From NCBI GenBank assembly GCA_964016885.1, contig OZ024740.1, forward strand, positions 328,724,001 to 328,788,000: a stretch of DNA of 64,000 nt. Direction: 5' to 3'. The position numbers were made by a program, and so were the translations under genes. Each line of letters starts with the position of its first letter. The stretch's first letter is position 1. The DNA is from Eledone cirrhosa (Eukaryota). The notes beneath the pieces are model-generated. The model did no database searches and was not told the origin of the DNA. It was given only the letters and a program-made list of their open reading frames with translations. Positions 46,621 to 60,886 of the stretch are shown piece after piece.

Positions 46621-48196
46621 GTGTTGCAGATGGGGCAATGGTCTAGCTGATAGCCGTTTGGATTTAGTGCGAGCTTAACGGGAGGAATTGATTAGCAGTA
46701 ACACTAACATGATTCATAAGAGAAGTGTATATAAAAGCATGTACAATATGATTGTATGCAATAAAAATACGTAAAATTTCCTATGAGAATTTTAAGCTGT
46801 GATCATATCAGCTCTTTCTTAGGATACACGACACGAATAATAACTACTGAGGAAGCGAGATATAGCAATCACAAAACCCCCCGTGAATTGCAAGCAAGTC
46901 TCATTAATACCATTTCCAACGTTTAAAAAGAGTCAGACACCAATAAAAGGAGAAGATTCTCATGACATGGCTGATTTTGATCATAGGTCTTCATGATCAG
47001 GGCTAAACAGTGGCAACAATAATAATGGGCTCACAAAAAATAGATTGAAAATTAGAAGTGGTACAACACATCTAAGCTGCAACAGAACACTGCAAAAACT
47101 TCACAACAGTATCTCAAGATATGTAAGCGCCAAATTGACAGGCTCGTTAGAAAGTCGGCTAGAATGCTTTGCGATATTCGATCCGGTTCTGTTGGATCTG
47201 AAATCAAATACTGTCGAAGTCTACTTTATCTTTTGTTCTATCAAGGTCGTAAAAATGTACCAGTCCAGTCTAGTACTGGATAGATTCTCATTTAGATCAC
47301 ATTCTCCCAACTTCTCGCCCTCTATCGGTCTCTTGCCTCCTCTAGAAAAAATATCAGCTGTGTTCACACATGGTGCGGGATGTGTTCTGCCAGGTCTAAA
47401 TGCCCAAGAGACGCCGTATATCTATATGGCCGTCACATGGCTCTGTTGGAAGTTAAGGGCACATGACATGGCCTGTCAGGATGTAGAGATGAGTTGCACC
47501 TAGGGAGAGGAACTTTATAACAATGGAACAATAGGCCTGTGATTTGCACCCAATCATTCAACGGCTAAGCTATACTCCAACATTTACTAGATCAGAGATT
47601 ACACCAGTGCTATGAAACAACATCAGCAATACACGCGCATGCAATTGCGTATTTGTGAGTGAGTGAGTGAGTGTGTGTATGTGTGAGTGTGTATACATAT
47701 ATGAGCTTATGTGCATGCGAGCGTCTATGTGTATTTATATATTTTGAATGTATTTATATATTATGAATGCTGTCACATTGAAATACGTTTTAAATATAAA
47801 TATGTATATAATGTCTTCCTAACCAAATATTTCTGTTTTAATGTACTACACACATGCATATAAAATAAAGCAGTTCAATAAAATGTGTTTACAGTTACAC
47901 AAATAAAATAAAACCCACACATATTGTATATAAATATATATCTTTGCACCTATCTGTCTATCTATCTATATATCCCTTTCTCTATTTATCATACATATAT
48001 AATGTTTATGTTTATAAAGTATATGTCTAGATACACAAATGTACATGTGTGTAAATAGTACATTTTGTATTCATTTTCAAAAATATAGGTAATATAAGTA
48101 GAAACACATTTCGCCTAACTTGTTGAAAGCATTGCATTCAATAGAAATTTGTTTCGTGTTTTTTCAAAGACAATACGATATTTTATAATCTTTTGT

Positions 48197-49258
48197 TTAA
48201 ACACTTGATGTTTTTTGTTTTGGTATGAAAAGATTCATGTCTATTGACTCTCTTTTCACACCAATCATTTCTCGAGTTCGCTTTACAACAGCTGCTATAC
48301 CACTATCTCTTCTATTTTGATTATCGTTTTTAAGTTTTCCCTCCTCTTGGGACTCTTTGTACACACTGAATATATCTGAGAGCAAAATGACAATGATAAG
48401 AATATTTTTTATGATAAAAGCTGAGAATTTCTGCCCATACAATGCACAGAGAACAGCACGTACGCAAACAAACAATAGGTTTACCATAACAATTTGTACA
48501 ATTTTTTGCGTGAATACCAATCGTTTGAAAATGTTACTGCCGTGTGTACGACCTCGATAAACAATAGCGCAAGGAAATGTAGGTACAATAAGGTTAACGA
48601 CAACAATGGTTAATATAAGTTTAACAATGTCTTCGTGAATGATGCGTCTGTCTTCTACTTCGTAAAGTAATGTCATCAGATCCATTGTGTCTAAGATGTC
48701 AATAGGTACAGTAGCTCCCACTTCGTGTATAAAGTTCTTCATCTTTCTGTCTACTGTTTTGTGAATGTTGCTGATCATCATTAAAAAATATATCACAGAA
48801 GTTAATCCGACAGCCAATTGCATACCACTCGGACTGCGCACCGAATTTTTCTCCCATTCCATCATGAATTTTTTAGATTGAAATGCTATAATGATCTTTG
48901 ATGCAATGACCAAACCGTAAACGAACCAAGCAATGGGACCCCACGGCAAATGTCTGGTTTGCTTACTGTTATCTCCTTTAGATATAGTTTCATTAGGCCA
49001 GCGTTTCATGACTTCTACATTCGTCGTAAACTGATTGTATGTCTGGACATAATAAACAATGAAAAGTATTATAACTACCCAATCTGGGATGAAGATAATC
49101 CACCAGAATGAGATTTTCTGATAATAAACAAGAAGATAATCAATGTAATGATTCTGGCCAATTAAAAGCACAAGGCAGAATATCCGTGAGAAATAGTGGT
49201 GAAATGATTCACATCGGTACAACCATTGTTTCTTTTTGTTATTTTCCTCTTGTGGATT
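48197..49258 (-). CDS. Terminal coding exon of a multi-pass membrane protein, TMEM121/CECR6 family-like
   Basis: 341+ aa ORF with hydrophobic segments and motifs LPW..IAWFVY..KI, DILDTMDL, VNL..RAVL..SAFIIKN. Polypyrimidine tract + AG acceptor at 49259-49260 in phase 0. No in-frame ATG at the exon start, so an upstream exon is implied (not located). Confidence 0.8.
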   Translation of the reverse strand, partial: NPQEENNKKKQWLYRCESFHHYFSRIFCLVLLIGQNHYIDYLLVYYQKISFWWIIFIPDWVVIILFIVYYVQTYNQFTTNVEVMKRWPNETISKGDNSKQTRHLPWGPIAWFVYGLVIASKIIIAFQSKKFMMEWEKNSVRSPSGMQLAVGLTSVIYFLMMISNIHKTVDRKMKNFIHEVGATVPIDILDTMDLMTLLYEVEDRRIIHEDIVKLILTIVVVNLIVPTFPCAIVYRGRTHGSNIFKRLVFTQKIVQIVMVNLLFVCVRAVLCALYGQKFSAFIIKNILIIVILLSDIFSVYKESQEEGKLKNDNQNRRDSGIAAVVKRTREMIGVKRESIDMNLFIPKQKTSSV

Positions 49259-49320
49259 CTGAAAGAAAAGAAAATATAAGCTAGTTAATATAGAATATTA
49301 CTGGTATTTAAAGCTCGATC

Positions 49321-49488
<168 letters not shown>

Positions 49489-49597
49489 ATAAAATTCATT
49501 TTTATAAGATTAGTCCGATTAAATATAGAGTATTATACAAATCTCTATATATATATCAAAAGCAAGATGAAGCAAAAAATCAAACCGTGATGTAGAG

Positions 49598-49974
49598 CAG
49601 TGGTTCTCAACGGTGGGCCAAGGGCCTACTCAGTGGGCCCAGGACAATTTTGAGTGGGCCCAGAGAAATTTCAGTGGGCTTGGAAATTTTTTCAGACATT
49701 CTTGGAACTTAAGATCGCACAAAATTTAAATGCAGTCGGGATCATATGGGCGTAAGTGTTCCAGAATGCTCTTTGAGCACTGACCCTGGCAATTTTTAGG
49801 GAGTAAAGTGGGCCGGGAGAACAAAAAGATTGAGAAGCACTAGTATATATATCATGTGGGAGTTATAGTCCGGAATAGTTTTTGAGCACTAGTTTACGCT
49901 TGTAAAATAAGTGGGCCCGGATATTTTTCGGGAGCTAAAAGTGGGCCCGGGGTCAAAAAGGTTGAGAAACACTG
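49598..49974. mobile_element. hAT (Charlie-like) MITE
   Basis: TIRs CAGTGGTTCTCAAC / GTTGAGAAACACTG, exact 8-bp TSD ATGTAGAG (49590-49597, 49975-49982), internal GTGGGCC motifs. Confidence 0.92.
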
Positions 49975-51007
49975 ATGTAGAGGTTGCCATAACTGGGCAT
50001 ATTTCCAATAAAGTTCAGCAAGATTTAGCCACATTGTTATCTTTTAACCATAGCTCAATCCTAACCCAGAAGTCTTATCAATAAATACAGTCCAGCTATC
50101 AGATTTGGCTGCTATTCCTAGCAGAGGTTCAATATCAGCCTAGAGGAGGCTTCCTTGTTGACTCGTTGTTGTCGGTCTAGTTACTACTACTACTACTACT
50201 ACTACTACTGCTGCTGCTGCTATTGCTGCTCCTGCTGCTGCTGCTGTTACTACTACTTCTGGTGCTGTTGCTGCTACTGTTGCTGCTGCTGTTGCTTAGT
50301 TGGTGGAGTTAGAGACCCTCTTCCTGATTTCAATACGTCAACAAAATGCCTAGAAAAATAACTGTATAATTGTTTCCACGCTGACGGGCCCTCATTTAAC
50401 ATGAAGTTGCCATGCAGAGCTGATAACGAACACAATAATAGGTGCCGGCATCAACACAATTTGTTTTGCTATGACCACATATAAAATATTACCGCACTAT
50501 TCAAATACATTTTGAAATCAAATTGTGCAAGAAGCAATAAGAACTTCACATGAGGAGTTATAGACAGAATCGATGGCAACAGTATTTCTCCCATATTTAG
50601 CTAAGCAGTACAAACACAACTAACATTATATCAGACTTATGCATATCATGAAGTGAAAAAAAGAACCGACCTGATAAATCTAAAAATCAGGGGTTATAAC
50701 CAAAACTTTTAAGTGCACTGGCCCTAACTCGTTCACTAGCCCCACCCTCTATACTATTGATTTATCTATCTATATGGTTTTCATCTAAAAGAAAAAAAAA
50801 ACATCTTTGGTGTGTTACTTTTTATTTAGTTATATAAATGTTTATATCTTTATAGTTTTTATCGTCAGAAACAGCAGTGAAATGATCCTTAAATCATACT
50901 TTGCTATATTAAAGATATTGATACATTCGGTAATGTGATCCGAGCTAGTTCGTGGCTGAAATAATGTATTTTGACGGTAGCTTTGCTTTCGAAGAGTTGA
51001 CCTGGAT

Positions 51008-51044
<37 letters not shown>

Positions 51045-51853
51045 TCAAAAATAACATTAGCAACAGCCACAACAACAACAATAACAATAGCAACAGCTAC
51101 AATAACAGGAACAGTTGCAATAGCAGAAGCACGATGGATAACTATTTCATTTGAATATATATATATGGATAAAAGACTTGCAGTAAAAAAAGAATATTTC
51201 ATTGAAAAATTTCTAACACTCGGCTATCTTTTCGTGAAATGTCAAGTTGTATGAGATAGAAAAAGGAATAAAAGGAAAAAGAAGAAAATCATGAATATAA
51301 CAAATTTAACAAAAGAAATATGATAGTTTCGAATAGCGTTCAGCGCAAACGCTACTTTGTGAAGAATTATGGATTCGCTTCAATAAGGTAAACATTGAAT
51401 TCAAACAACTGACTCAAGTTTGCTGAATGATGTTTTCAAAAGATATTCCAAACCTATTCGCTGAATGATTTCTAAAGATAAATAAGCGCAAATGTTTCGT
51501 TGACAGCACAGGCATGCTATTTTTTCCTTTAGATTTTTTTGAAATTCAGGATGGTAAATGGTTGAACGCAACGGTGAGATACGAATGGAACAATGTAACA
51601 ATAACAACAACAACAACAATAATAATAATAGAAATGACGATGATGATGATGATAATGGTGATGGCAATGATAAGTTTAACAACAAAATAACATCAGAAAT
51701 TAGTTTCCAGGGATACTCTATAAGAAAATATCAGTAAAAGAGAGATACGTTGTAATATTTCTGTAGAGTTTTCTTCCTTTTCCTTTTTTAACGTGTTTGG
51801 TAATTTGATTATGTATATGTAAATACATTTAGGTATTTGCATTGCATTCGGAA

Positions 51854-51932
<79 letters not shown>

Positions 51933-52456
51933 ATACATATATACAGACAGACATGCATATACACATACGCATATTTTTGCACACACACATACACATATGT
52001 ATATATGCATATATATCTATATATATATATCTATATCTATGTATCTATGCATCTTTCTCTCTCTTTCTATCTCAAAATATATAGTGTATATATATATATA
52101 TATATATCTACTTTTGTATGTATATATACATGTATGTATATACATATATATATTCATGCATATATTTACATGTATGTATGTATATACATATATGTATATG
52201 TAATTATTCAAGTATTTAATCTTAACTGGCCCTGCCCCCTTTAATACCATACTAAATTACATCAGCCGAAATTCCTTCAGAAATTCCAGATAAACCTACT
52301 CCCGGATATACCTCCAGCCACCATAATTGTTTAACTGAATGGGTTCTAGTATCGAAAATTTAACTCAGGGGTGAAGCATAACTTGAAAAATTTCATGAGG
52401 TGAAGCTTTTAAGACATGGCCGGGAACAAGTCATCTAGAAATCTATGAAAATTATA

Positions 52457-52567
<111 letters not shown>

Positions 52568-53044
52568 TTATATACATAATTTATTCTTCATTTTCATATT
52601 TTTATCTACATCCTCGCATTACTTTATTTCACTGCATTGTATTTTCCTTTTCTTTGTTCGACTATACAGCTGGACATGGTAAAATCACATATATAGGCAG
52701 GTCTGAAACCGAACAGAGACAGACATGAAGATATTCTGAATCTTATCTCCACTACGTCTGAAGAACAAGTCGATCCCACAGTGTACGTGATTCAGTGAAT
52801 TTCTGGTGGTGGTATCAAAACGACCACTTGATGCACAGACAGAGTGTATATATTAAGAAAAACGAAAAAGTTTCGTTTACATGTATTTAGTTTTATTTTT
52901 ATTGTGTATCGACCTGTTCCGCGCGTTTCGCAGAGGATTGGCTCTAGGTCATCAATAGAAGTGATGGAACTGACTCCATAATCAATCTGCTCTTCAGACT
53001 TATAAAAATTAAATATATGTAAACGAAACATCATCGGGTTTTCT

Positions 53045-53082
<38 letters not shown>

Positions 53083-53195
53083 CGCGCTTGTCAATATATA
53101 TATATGTGAATACATATGTGTGTGTGTGAATACATATATACACATATATATTCACATACACACACGCATATATATATGCGTGTGTGTATATATAA

Positions 53196-53598
53196 AAAAA
53201 GATGAGTATTGACGTAGTCAATACTCATCTTTTTCCATAGCTTCGAGGGTTCTTAATCCCACTATCAGGCTAAATAATTTCTTTAATTTCTTTAGTAAAA
53301 ATACGGCGATAGCTTACATTACTAATAATTTCAAACCCACTCGCTGTTTCGAAAATATTCTTACTTGACATTACAGTCGCTAAGTTTATAGCTTCTAATT
53401 TGAATGGAAAGAGACGGGTGATGTGTTGGTATAAATGGTAGCACAGTGGTCCGGATAACCAAAGATGGAGTTTCGACTCCCATGTACGGCAATACTCATC
53501 TTTTTCCATTTCTCCGAGGGTTCTTAACCCCACTATCAGGCTAAATAATTTATTTAATTTCTTTAGTCAAAATACGGCGATAGCTTACATTTCTAATA

Positions 53599-53604
<6 letters not shown>
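53196..53604 (+). mobile_element. Partial tandem (271-bp unit) element with tRNA-like segment and 5' hairpin, TA-flanked
   Basis: 53219-53332 is repeated at 53490-53604. tRNA-like 53416-53490 (TGGTATAAATGG..TTCGACTCCC). Hairpin at 53196-53234. Confidence 0.65.
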
Positions 53605-53641
<37 letters not shown>

Positions 53642-53645
<4 letters not shown>

Positions 53646-54161
53646 TACATGAATCAAAGTTCAGTTTAAATCATTTATTTGCTTAAAATTGTTTCCTCCA
53701 AACCGAGGTTTGGATTCTTCGGAGCAATTATTTAGTGATTTTTTACATACTTGACCTCCTTTTCAACATTAGAGACATATAGAAACATATGTATATATTG
53801 ACCCACAGTGGGTTGACATCCATCATAATAATTATTATGATGGATGTCAACCCACTGTGGGTCAATATATACATATGTTTCTATATGTCTCTAATGTTGA
53901 AAAGGAGGTCAAGTATGTAAAAAAATCACTAAATAATTGCTCCGAAGAATCCAAACCTCGGTTTGGAGGAAACAATTGTAAGCAAATAAATGATTTAAAC
54001 TGAACTTTGATTCATGTAATTTCTATATAACTGCTCTGTAAAACAACTGATGTTGTTACATTGAACTATTTATCTTACTGGTAATAAGATAGTATTTAGG
54101 GTTTAGTATATATAACTATAAAAGGTTTTATTTTATACATAACCATAAATAGTATCCTTAA

Positions 54162-54165
<4 letters not shown>
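53642..54165 (+). mobile_element. Long palindromic (190-bp arms, no spacer) HHR element in (TA)n
   Basis: Near-perfect inverted repeat 53642-54022, centre 53831/53832, with unique tail to the next (TA)n. Confidence 0.85.
53937..53985 (+). ncRNA. Hammerhead (U4C core) within 190-bp-arm palindrome; mirror copy at 53679-53727 (-)
   Basis: TTGCT-CCGAAGA-A-TCCAAAC(ctcg)GTTTGGA-G-GAAAC-AATT-GTA/AGCAA. Confidence 0.75.
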
Positions 54166-54211
<46 letters not shown>

Positions 54212-54217
<6 letters not shown>

Positions 54218-54787
54218 TAAAATAACAGATTAAAGCTTAAACAAAGAATCGCTGCTTTCACCCTTAACGGCATCTTCTGAAACTAACAAAGTCAATCTGT
54301 GAACGCAGAAGTGAATATTAGTCTACGACTTCTTTTATACCATAAACGTGGTTTTGTCCTTGCGTGTAATTGTTTTTCACCGCTCCAAATAATTGTTTCT
54401 ACTTTAGGCACAAGGCCAGCAATTACCCAGTGCATTACTGGTACTTTATTTTATCGACCCCGTCAGGATGAAAGGCAAAGTCAGCGCTCCAAATAATGAC
54501 GTATTATATTCGTTTTTTCCCGTTCTTTGCCAGGGAACGTTTCCACGTACCAAAGTATCGTCTTCCTGTCTTCCTCCGGTTGCAACGTTTTTTGAAATAC
54601 TCACTTCTGCGTTCACAGATTGACTTTGTTAGTTTCAGAAGATCCGTTATGGGTGACAGCAGCGATTCTTTGCTTAAACTTTAATCTGATTTTTTTATAA
54701 ATATTTGCTCTACGGTTCTTATATATTTGATATATATTTATCCTTATCGAGCCCTCTTTGGATTTTAGTCTTCAAATTTATTATTAT

Positions 54788-54791
<4 letters not shown>
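54212..54791 (+). mobile_element. Inverted-repeat element enclosing a repeat unit and a SINE; tail homologous to 4024-4112 (-)
   Basis: IR 54212-54317 / 54597-54702. Tail CTTATCGAGCCCTCTTTGGATTTTAGTCTTC also occurs reversed at ~4045-4075. Confidence 0.7.
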
Positions 54792-54833
<42 letters not shown>

Positions 54834-54840
54834 ATATACA

Positions 54841-55766
54841 ATAGTCCACTACGATGATAAAAAGGTAGGGAGCCAATGTATCTCCCTAGAGCACTCCAGC
54901 CAGTATCTCAAAGAACTCTGTCATCCCATCAGGTGTAATGACTTGGGCTTTGGTGTTGGTGTAGAGCAGTGAAATCAGGTCCACTATCTTTTTGGGGATT
55001 CCATAAGTCTGTAAGATCTTCCTGGCTTTACTGTAGCCCCGGCTCAGAGCAGGAGAGTTAAGGCGAAAAAGATATTAGATGCTGAATTTGCCGACGACAT
55101 AGCTTTGGTGACAAATACAGTGAAGGAGGCAGAGGATTTGATGCGGGAAGTTGAGACTGTGTCGATGAGTGTGGGGCTGAGAATGAATGAGACTAAAACA
55201 AAATATCTGGTAGAGAATGTTGAGAAGCCAGAGGGGATCACTAATGTAGGATGGAAGCCGCTAGAATTGGTTGAGGGCTTCCTGTATTTGGGACCAAAGA
55301 TTGGGAATACGGAAGTTGATGTGGTTGAGAGGAAGAGCAAAGCTTGGGCGGCGTGCCACAGCTTGAGATCGGTGTGGAAGTCGGACCTTCGTAAAGACCT
55401 GAAAATCCGCCTCTTCATTGCTGTAGTGGAGTCTGTGCTGCTGTACGTGTCTGAGACTTGGACACTGACCAAGAAACTCACTCAGAGCTGTATGGGAGCC
55501 TCCCAAAAGTCAGCTCAATAGTGACTCAGAAGAGACTGAGGTTAGCTGGACATGCTCACCGACATCCATAGTTGACATTGCACTCAGTGCTCCTGTGGGA
55601 GCCCCTATATGGACACACTAGAAGAGGAAGACCAAGGTTAAAGTATGTTCATGCTCTAACGACAGACACTGGTCTGTTGGAGACGCAGGAGATGGCAGCG
55701 ATAATGAGGGACAGAGACCGCTGGAGAGAACTCGTCCATGGATCTCGGGAATTTTACCCGCCCTAG
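54841..55766. mobile_element. RTE-type LINE fragment with 5' inversion
   Basis: 54841-55040 (-) encodes TKAQVITPDG.TEFFEILAGVL*GDTLAPYLFIIVVD. 55041-55766 (+) encodes EFADDIAL..FLYLG..LLY.SETWTL..RGRPRL. Confidence 0.85.
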
Positions 55767-55796
55767 ATATATATATATATATATATATGTATACAT

Positions 55797-55998
55797 ATAG
55801 GAGAAAGTATGACCCCAAAGGCAGAGCTCAAGCCGTTTCGACTGCTATTTCTGGACTAGTACAGAAATAGCCATCGAAACGGCTTGAGCTCAACCGTCGG
55901 GATCATACTTTCTCCTATTACCCACTCTACTACCCTAAGTATTGAGTACTCTGGTACGTTATGGTCCATCTGGTTCCTTACCACAACTCCTTAGTTAT
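55797..55998 (+). mobile_element. Palindromic element family A copy 3
   Basis: Same arms and tail as 3812-4008; TA-flanked. Confidence 0.85.
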
Positions 55999-56263
55999 AT
56001 ATATACATATATATATATATATAGAGATATGTGTGTGTGAAGGCGCGTGGTTGAGTGGTTCGAGATTTATTCGCAATCATGTGGTAGTGAGTTCGATTCC
56101 CGTACCAGGTGATGTGTTATGTCCTTGAGCAAGGCACTTTATTTTACGTTGCTGCTTCTACCTGGAGTTGCGACCGATAGATAGTATTAGCAATTGGAAA
56201 GACCAATGGCGATATTGTATCCTCGGTCCGATTTGACGAAATGCGATCGACTCTCGATATATA

Positions 56264-56338
<75 letters not shown>

Positions 56339-56354
56339 ATATGTATATATCCAG

Positions 56355-56386
<32 letters not shown>

Positions 56387-56441
56387 GTTATATATATATA
56401 TATATATATATGTGCGTGTGTATATATAAATATATAAGTAT

Positions 56442-56482
56442 CTCCTGAAGAAGCTTGAGGTAACAAGCTGAAAATGGTCGAG
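56442..56482 (+). ncRNA. Hammerhead-like motif
   Basis: CTC-CTGAAGA-AGCTTG(aggtaa)CAAGCT-GAAA-ATG-GTC/GAG. Confidence 0.68.
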
Positions 56483-56968
56483 CTCGCTGTCGAGTCTCAA
56501 CCTCATTAATAGATATATACACATTGACGCCCACTTGTACTCTGTGTGGATATCATTCTTTTGAAGCAAAGCTAAGACAAGTAGCTGAATCCCTTGGCAA
56601 ACGGAAGTAAAAACACCAATTTAAACGCAAGTCCGAATAGAATAACAATAAAGCTTCATACTTAGTAATGTAGGAAGAGAACCGAAAGTGTAAAAATACC
56701 AGAGGCTAATAAAAAAAATTCAGTGTTAAATAATGTTCTGTGATGGAATTGTTTCACCTTCAACACGAAGTCCAAGGGGAAGTTACTTGCGAAACGTATC
56801 CATCTCTCTCTTTCTCTCTCTTTATATATATACATATGTGCGTTGGTAGTTGCACACACACACACACACACCCCCACACACACACATATATAACTACCTA
56901 CATACTTATATGTAAACACACACGTATATAAATATATATGTGTGTGTGTGTGTATGCGTGTGTGTGTC

Positions 56969-57019
<51 letters not shown>

Positions 57020-57172
57020 CTATCCACACACATATGTACGTTTACATGTACGCATTTACATACATCATAATCTATGTCAATCATTGCTACATATCTTAAG
57101 TTTCCTCATATATAAACCGATCAAACACTCATACGATTTCTGTCTCTTCCCCCCCCCAGTCTCCCACTCTTT

Positions 57173-57263
<91 letters not shown>

Positions 57264-57293
57264 GGTGGTTACACAACAGTTAGTTCACCATAC

Positions 57294-57331
57294 CGAGAAC
57301 AATTGTTTCACCTTAACGGATCCTCAGTTCG
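57294..57331 (-). ncRNA. Hammerhead, same family as 35586
   Basis: CGAA-CTGAGGA-TCCgttaaGGT-GAAAC-AATT-GTT/CTCG. Confidence 0.7.
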
Positions 57332-57922
57332 TAATGGACATGTTATACGGAACAGGAAGGACAACCACGAACGCGCATGCGCACAAACGATCACGTCACA
57401 CAGGCAATACTAAAATGCGTGCGAGAGGTGTAAGGGAGATAACTGCGAAAGTCCGTTTGAAGCGCTCGATGGTGTTACGAGATCCGTTTCGTTTGGGCTG
57501 CATTCTAGTGTTACGGCTGTAGTGTGTAAAGTGTAAATAGATTTAAAAGAGTCAAAGTCACTGTTGCAACATATGTACAAATTTTATTTGCATATTACAA
57601 TTGTTTCGATATCGCTCAGCTCAGGGTACAATCAACTCTTATTTGATATCAGATATACGAACTTATATATGCAAAAACACATCTAAATTGTTGACAGAGA
57701 TCCCGAGATCCGCTTATATACACCTATTGGCGGGTTTGTAGGAGGTGGGGAGTAAATTAGGTTTAGGTTTAGAGGGTGGGGTATAAAGGTGAAAAATAAA
57801 AATATCAAAACATAAACTGTAGATGTAAAAGGTACCATTTTATTTAATCTTTTTAAATATATTTTTAATATATTCTTAGCTTTTACACACACACACTCAC
57901 ACACACACACACCATATATATA

Positions 57923-57980
<58 letters not shown>

Positions 57981-59417
57981 GAAACACACACATACACACA
58001 CACATATATATATATATATTTATCTATTTTCGATTTTCCCTCTTCTATAGATCATTAATAGAAAACTTTGATCACTGAATCTATAATGTGATTTCACAGA
58101 ATCCTATGCCCTTGCTTGATTTCAGGAATTACAGAAGTAATTTCTGTCCGGTGAACTTGATGGACTCTATTAATAAATATTACTGATGTTTGGTTTAATG
58201 ATCTCGGAAAGATAAAAGACAAGTTCGTCATGGTGGTTATTCTCCATCAGTGAATAATCGGGGTTAACATAGAACAAAGAAGCAGTTAGAGGTTACGTGT
58301 CAACGCATAGTTTCAAATAAAGGCAATGTCATTTTAAAAGTAATGAAATTTATTTGACACATCTTAAGTTTATTTGTTGTTTTCTGAAAAAGTAGAGACT
58401 TCCAGAGCCTGCAAGATGTTATTTGTATCCTATTGAGATCGATGTTTTGGGCTAAATGTTCATCCTCTACAAAATTGATCCTGTGCAGAATTAATAAATC
58501 TATTTAGTTATGGATATCATAGTTTATGGAAGTGAAACTTTACGATAGAAGGGTTTGAACTTACTCCACATGACCAACAACTCTAATAAATTCACCACTG
58601 TTATAAAATGTCAAGAAAAATGTGCCCATGATGAAGTTCTAACCTTTTGCTTGAGAAATGGAGAAGTATTAACGTTAAGAGAGTGATTTGTTAATGATAT
58701 ACAATACGATTGATGTGTATTTAATGTACTGAGTTTATACAAAGAGTTAAACACCCACTTCTGATAAAATTGGTATTGTGTCTACATAAACTAAATCAAT
58801 ATTGCCGCTGTTGGACTTGAATCGTACATGTTCCCAAATAGCATTTCTAAATAACTACAAATATATAGTGTTGATGCAGGTATTAAGAATGGAAAATAGC
58901 CAATTATTTGCAGAAAGTCTTCCTTTGCCTTGGAATGTCTTTAGAGATTACAAACGTTTATGAATAGTCATCTATCAGATGGAGTTAATAGATCATTAAG
59001 ATTCGAATTTAAATGTTTTTACCTTAGGCGATCAGTCTTCCTTAGAGTAAAACTCTGTTCATTTTACCAGAGTCAATATAAATACTGCAAAGAATATAAT
59101 GAATACACGAGCTATATATATACATAATTTGATCACTTGTTGAATAATATAATGTAACTCCTTATTTGAAATATAAAAAAAAAAAATTCTTATAACATTC
59201 TTAAGTCTGCGTTAATGAATTTCGATAGACCTTTTAAAGTTAGAGACTGGTAAATATACGAGGACATCTTGATTTTTGGGCCATTCAGCCTTGACCGAGA
59301 GGGCCTATGATTAAATGTATCTCGGCTGTTACCATCCTGTCTTTTATCCTTAGTCATAGTGTATTTCAGACAAAATTATCCAATATGTTCTTCCCATATT
59401 TAAACCATTGAGGTAAT

Positions 59418-59453
<36 letters not shown>

Positions 59454-59718
59454 TATTTGACTGCTATTTCTAGCAAGCAAAGACAATTTGAGGCATCTCC
59501 CGTGCTGCTGAGCAAACGGGAATATACACAGTTCTGTTTCTGTTTGCTGGGTGGCAAAACAAAAGCCAATGCTATACAAATTTTAAATATATAACTTTTA
59601 ATTGAAAGTATAAAAAATATTAAGCTGGAAAACTGGCAGATTCGTTAGAAAATCGGATACAAGGATGTGCAATGTTCGCAAATCTTTCATACTATCAAGT
59701 TTCAGTACCAGGTCGTTT

Positions 59719-59812
<94 letters not shown>

Positions 59813-60467
59813 TCTCTCCTTCTCTGGAAGAAATCGGCTCGTCTATGGTCAGACCCGTAGTGAGTTGGGCTCTGGCAGGTATAAAGTATTTCACGATGGC
59901 CGTATTACGACTCCATCAGTAGTTAAGGGAGATGGAAATGTAAAAAGCAAACCTTATTGAAACTAGTCGAATGAGCGCACCGAAGCCTTCACCGAAGACT
60001 GTGTTTTCCAAAGTCTCATTTTATTTTATATTATTGGAATTAAAATTCATCTATTAAAAAAGAAGGATCTTGATGTAGAGTCCCGAGTCATAATTAAATA
60101 AATACAAAAATGACTGAGTTTATTTCAACAATTATCTGTTTCCTATGTAATCTTAACAATACCGACTTTATCAACTATAGTTTTCTAATTCTTCAGAATG
60201 ATGCGGAAAAAATGTTATGTTGTTATAAAGTAAATTACAAAACAACAATATTACTGCCTGAAGGTCATAGCGATAGTGTGTTAATTCAAGAGTATTAACG
60301 TGCTCATTATAAAGATATCTGTTATATTAATTAAATTAGTTTTCTTAATTCAAGCAAAGTAAATTTTATCCTATCACCTTATCAATTGCTTATATCTATC
60401 TGCCTGTGTCATTTATCTCAATAAGATATTGGCATCATCACTTTTGTAAGGAGAGTTATGGGCCTTT

Positions 60468-60596
<129 letters not shown>

Positions 60597-60622
60597 GCAC
60601 ACACACACACACGCACACACAC

Positions 60623-60681
<59 letters not shown>

Positions 60682-60734
60682 CAAAAGTTAGTACAGCATA
60701 ATCGAAGCTCTGCCTGCAGCTAAACTAACGAATG

Positions 60735-60784
<50 letters not shown>

Positions 60785-60840
60785 CGTGTGTGGAGAGAGA
60801 GGGAGAGGGAGATTGAGACAGAGAGAGAGAGAGAGACAGA

Positions 60841-60886
<46 letters not shown>

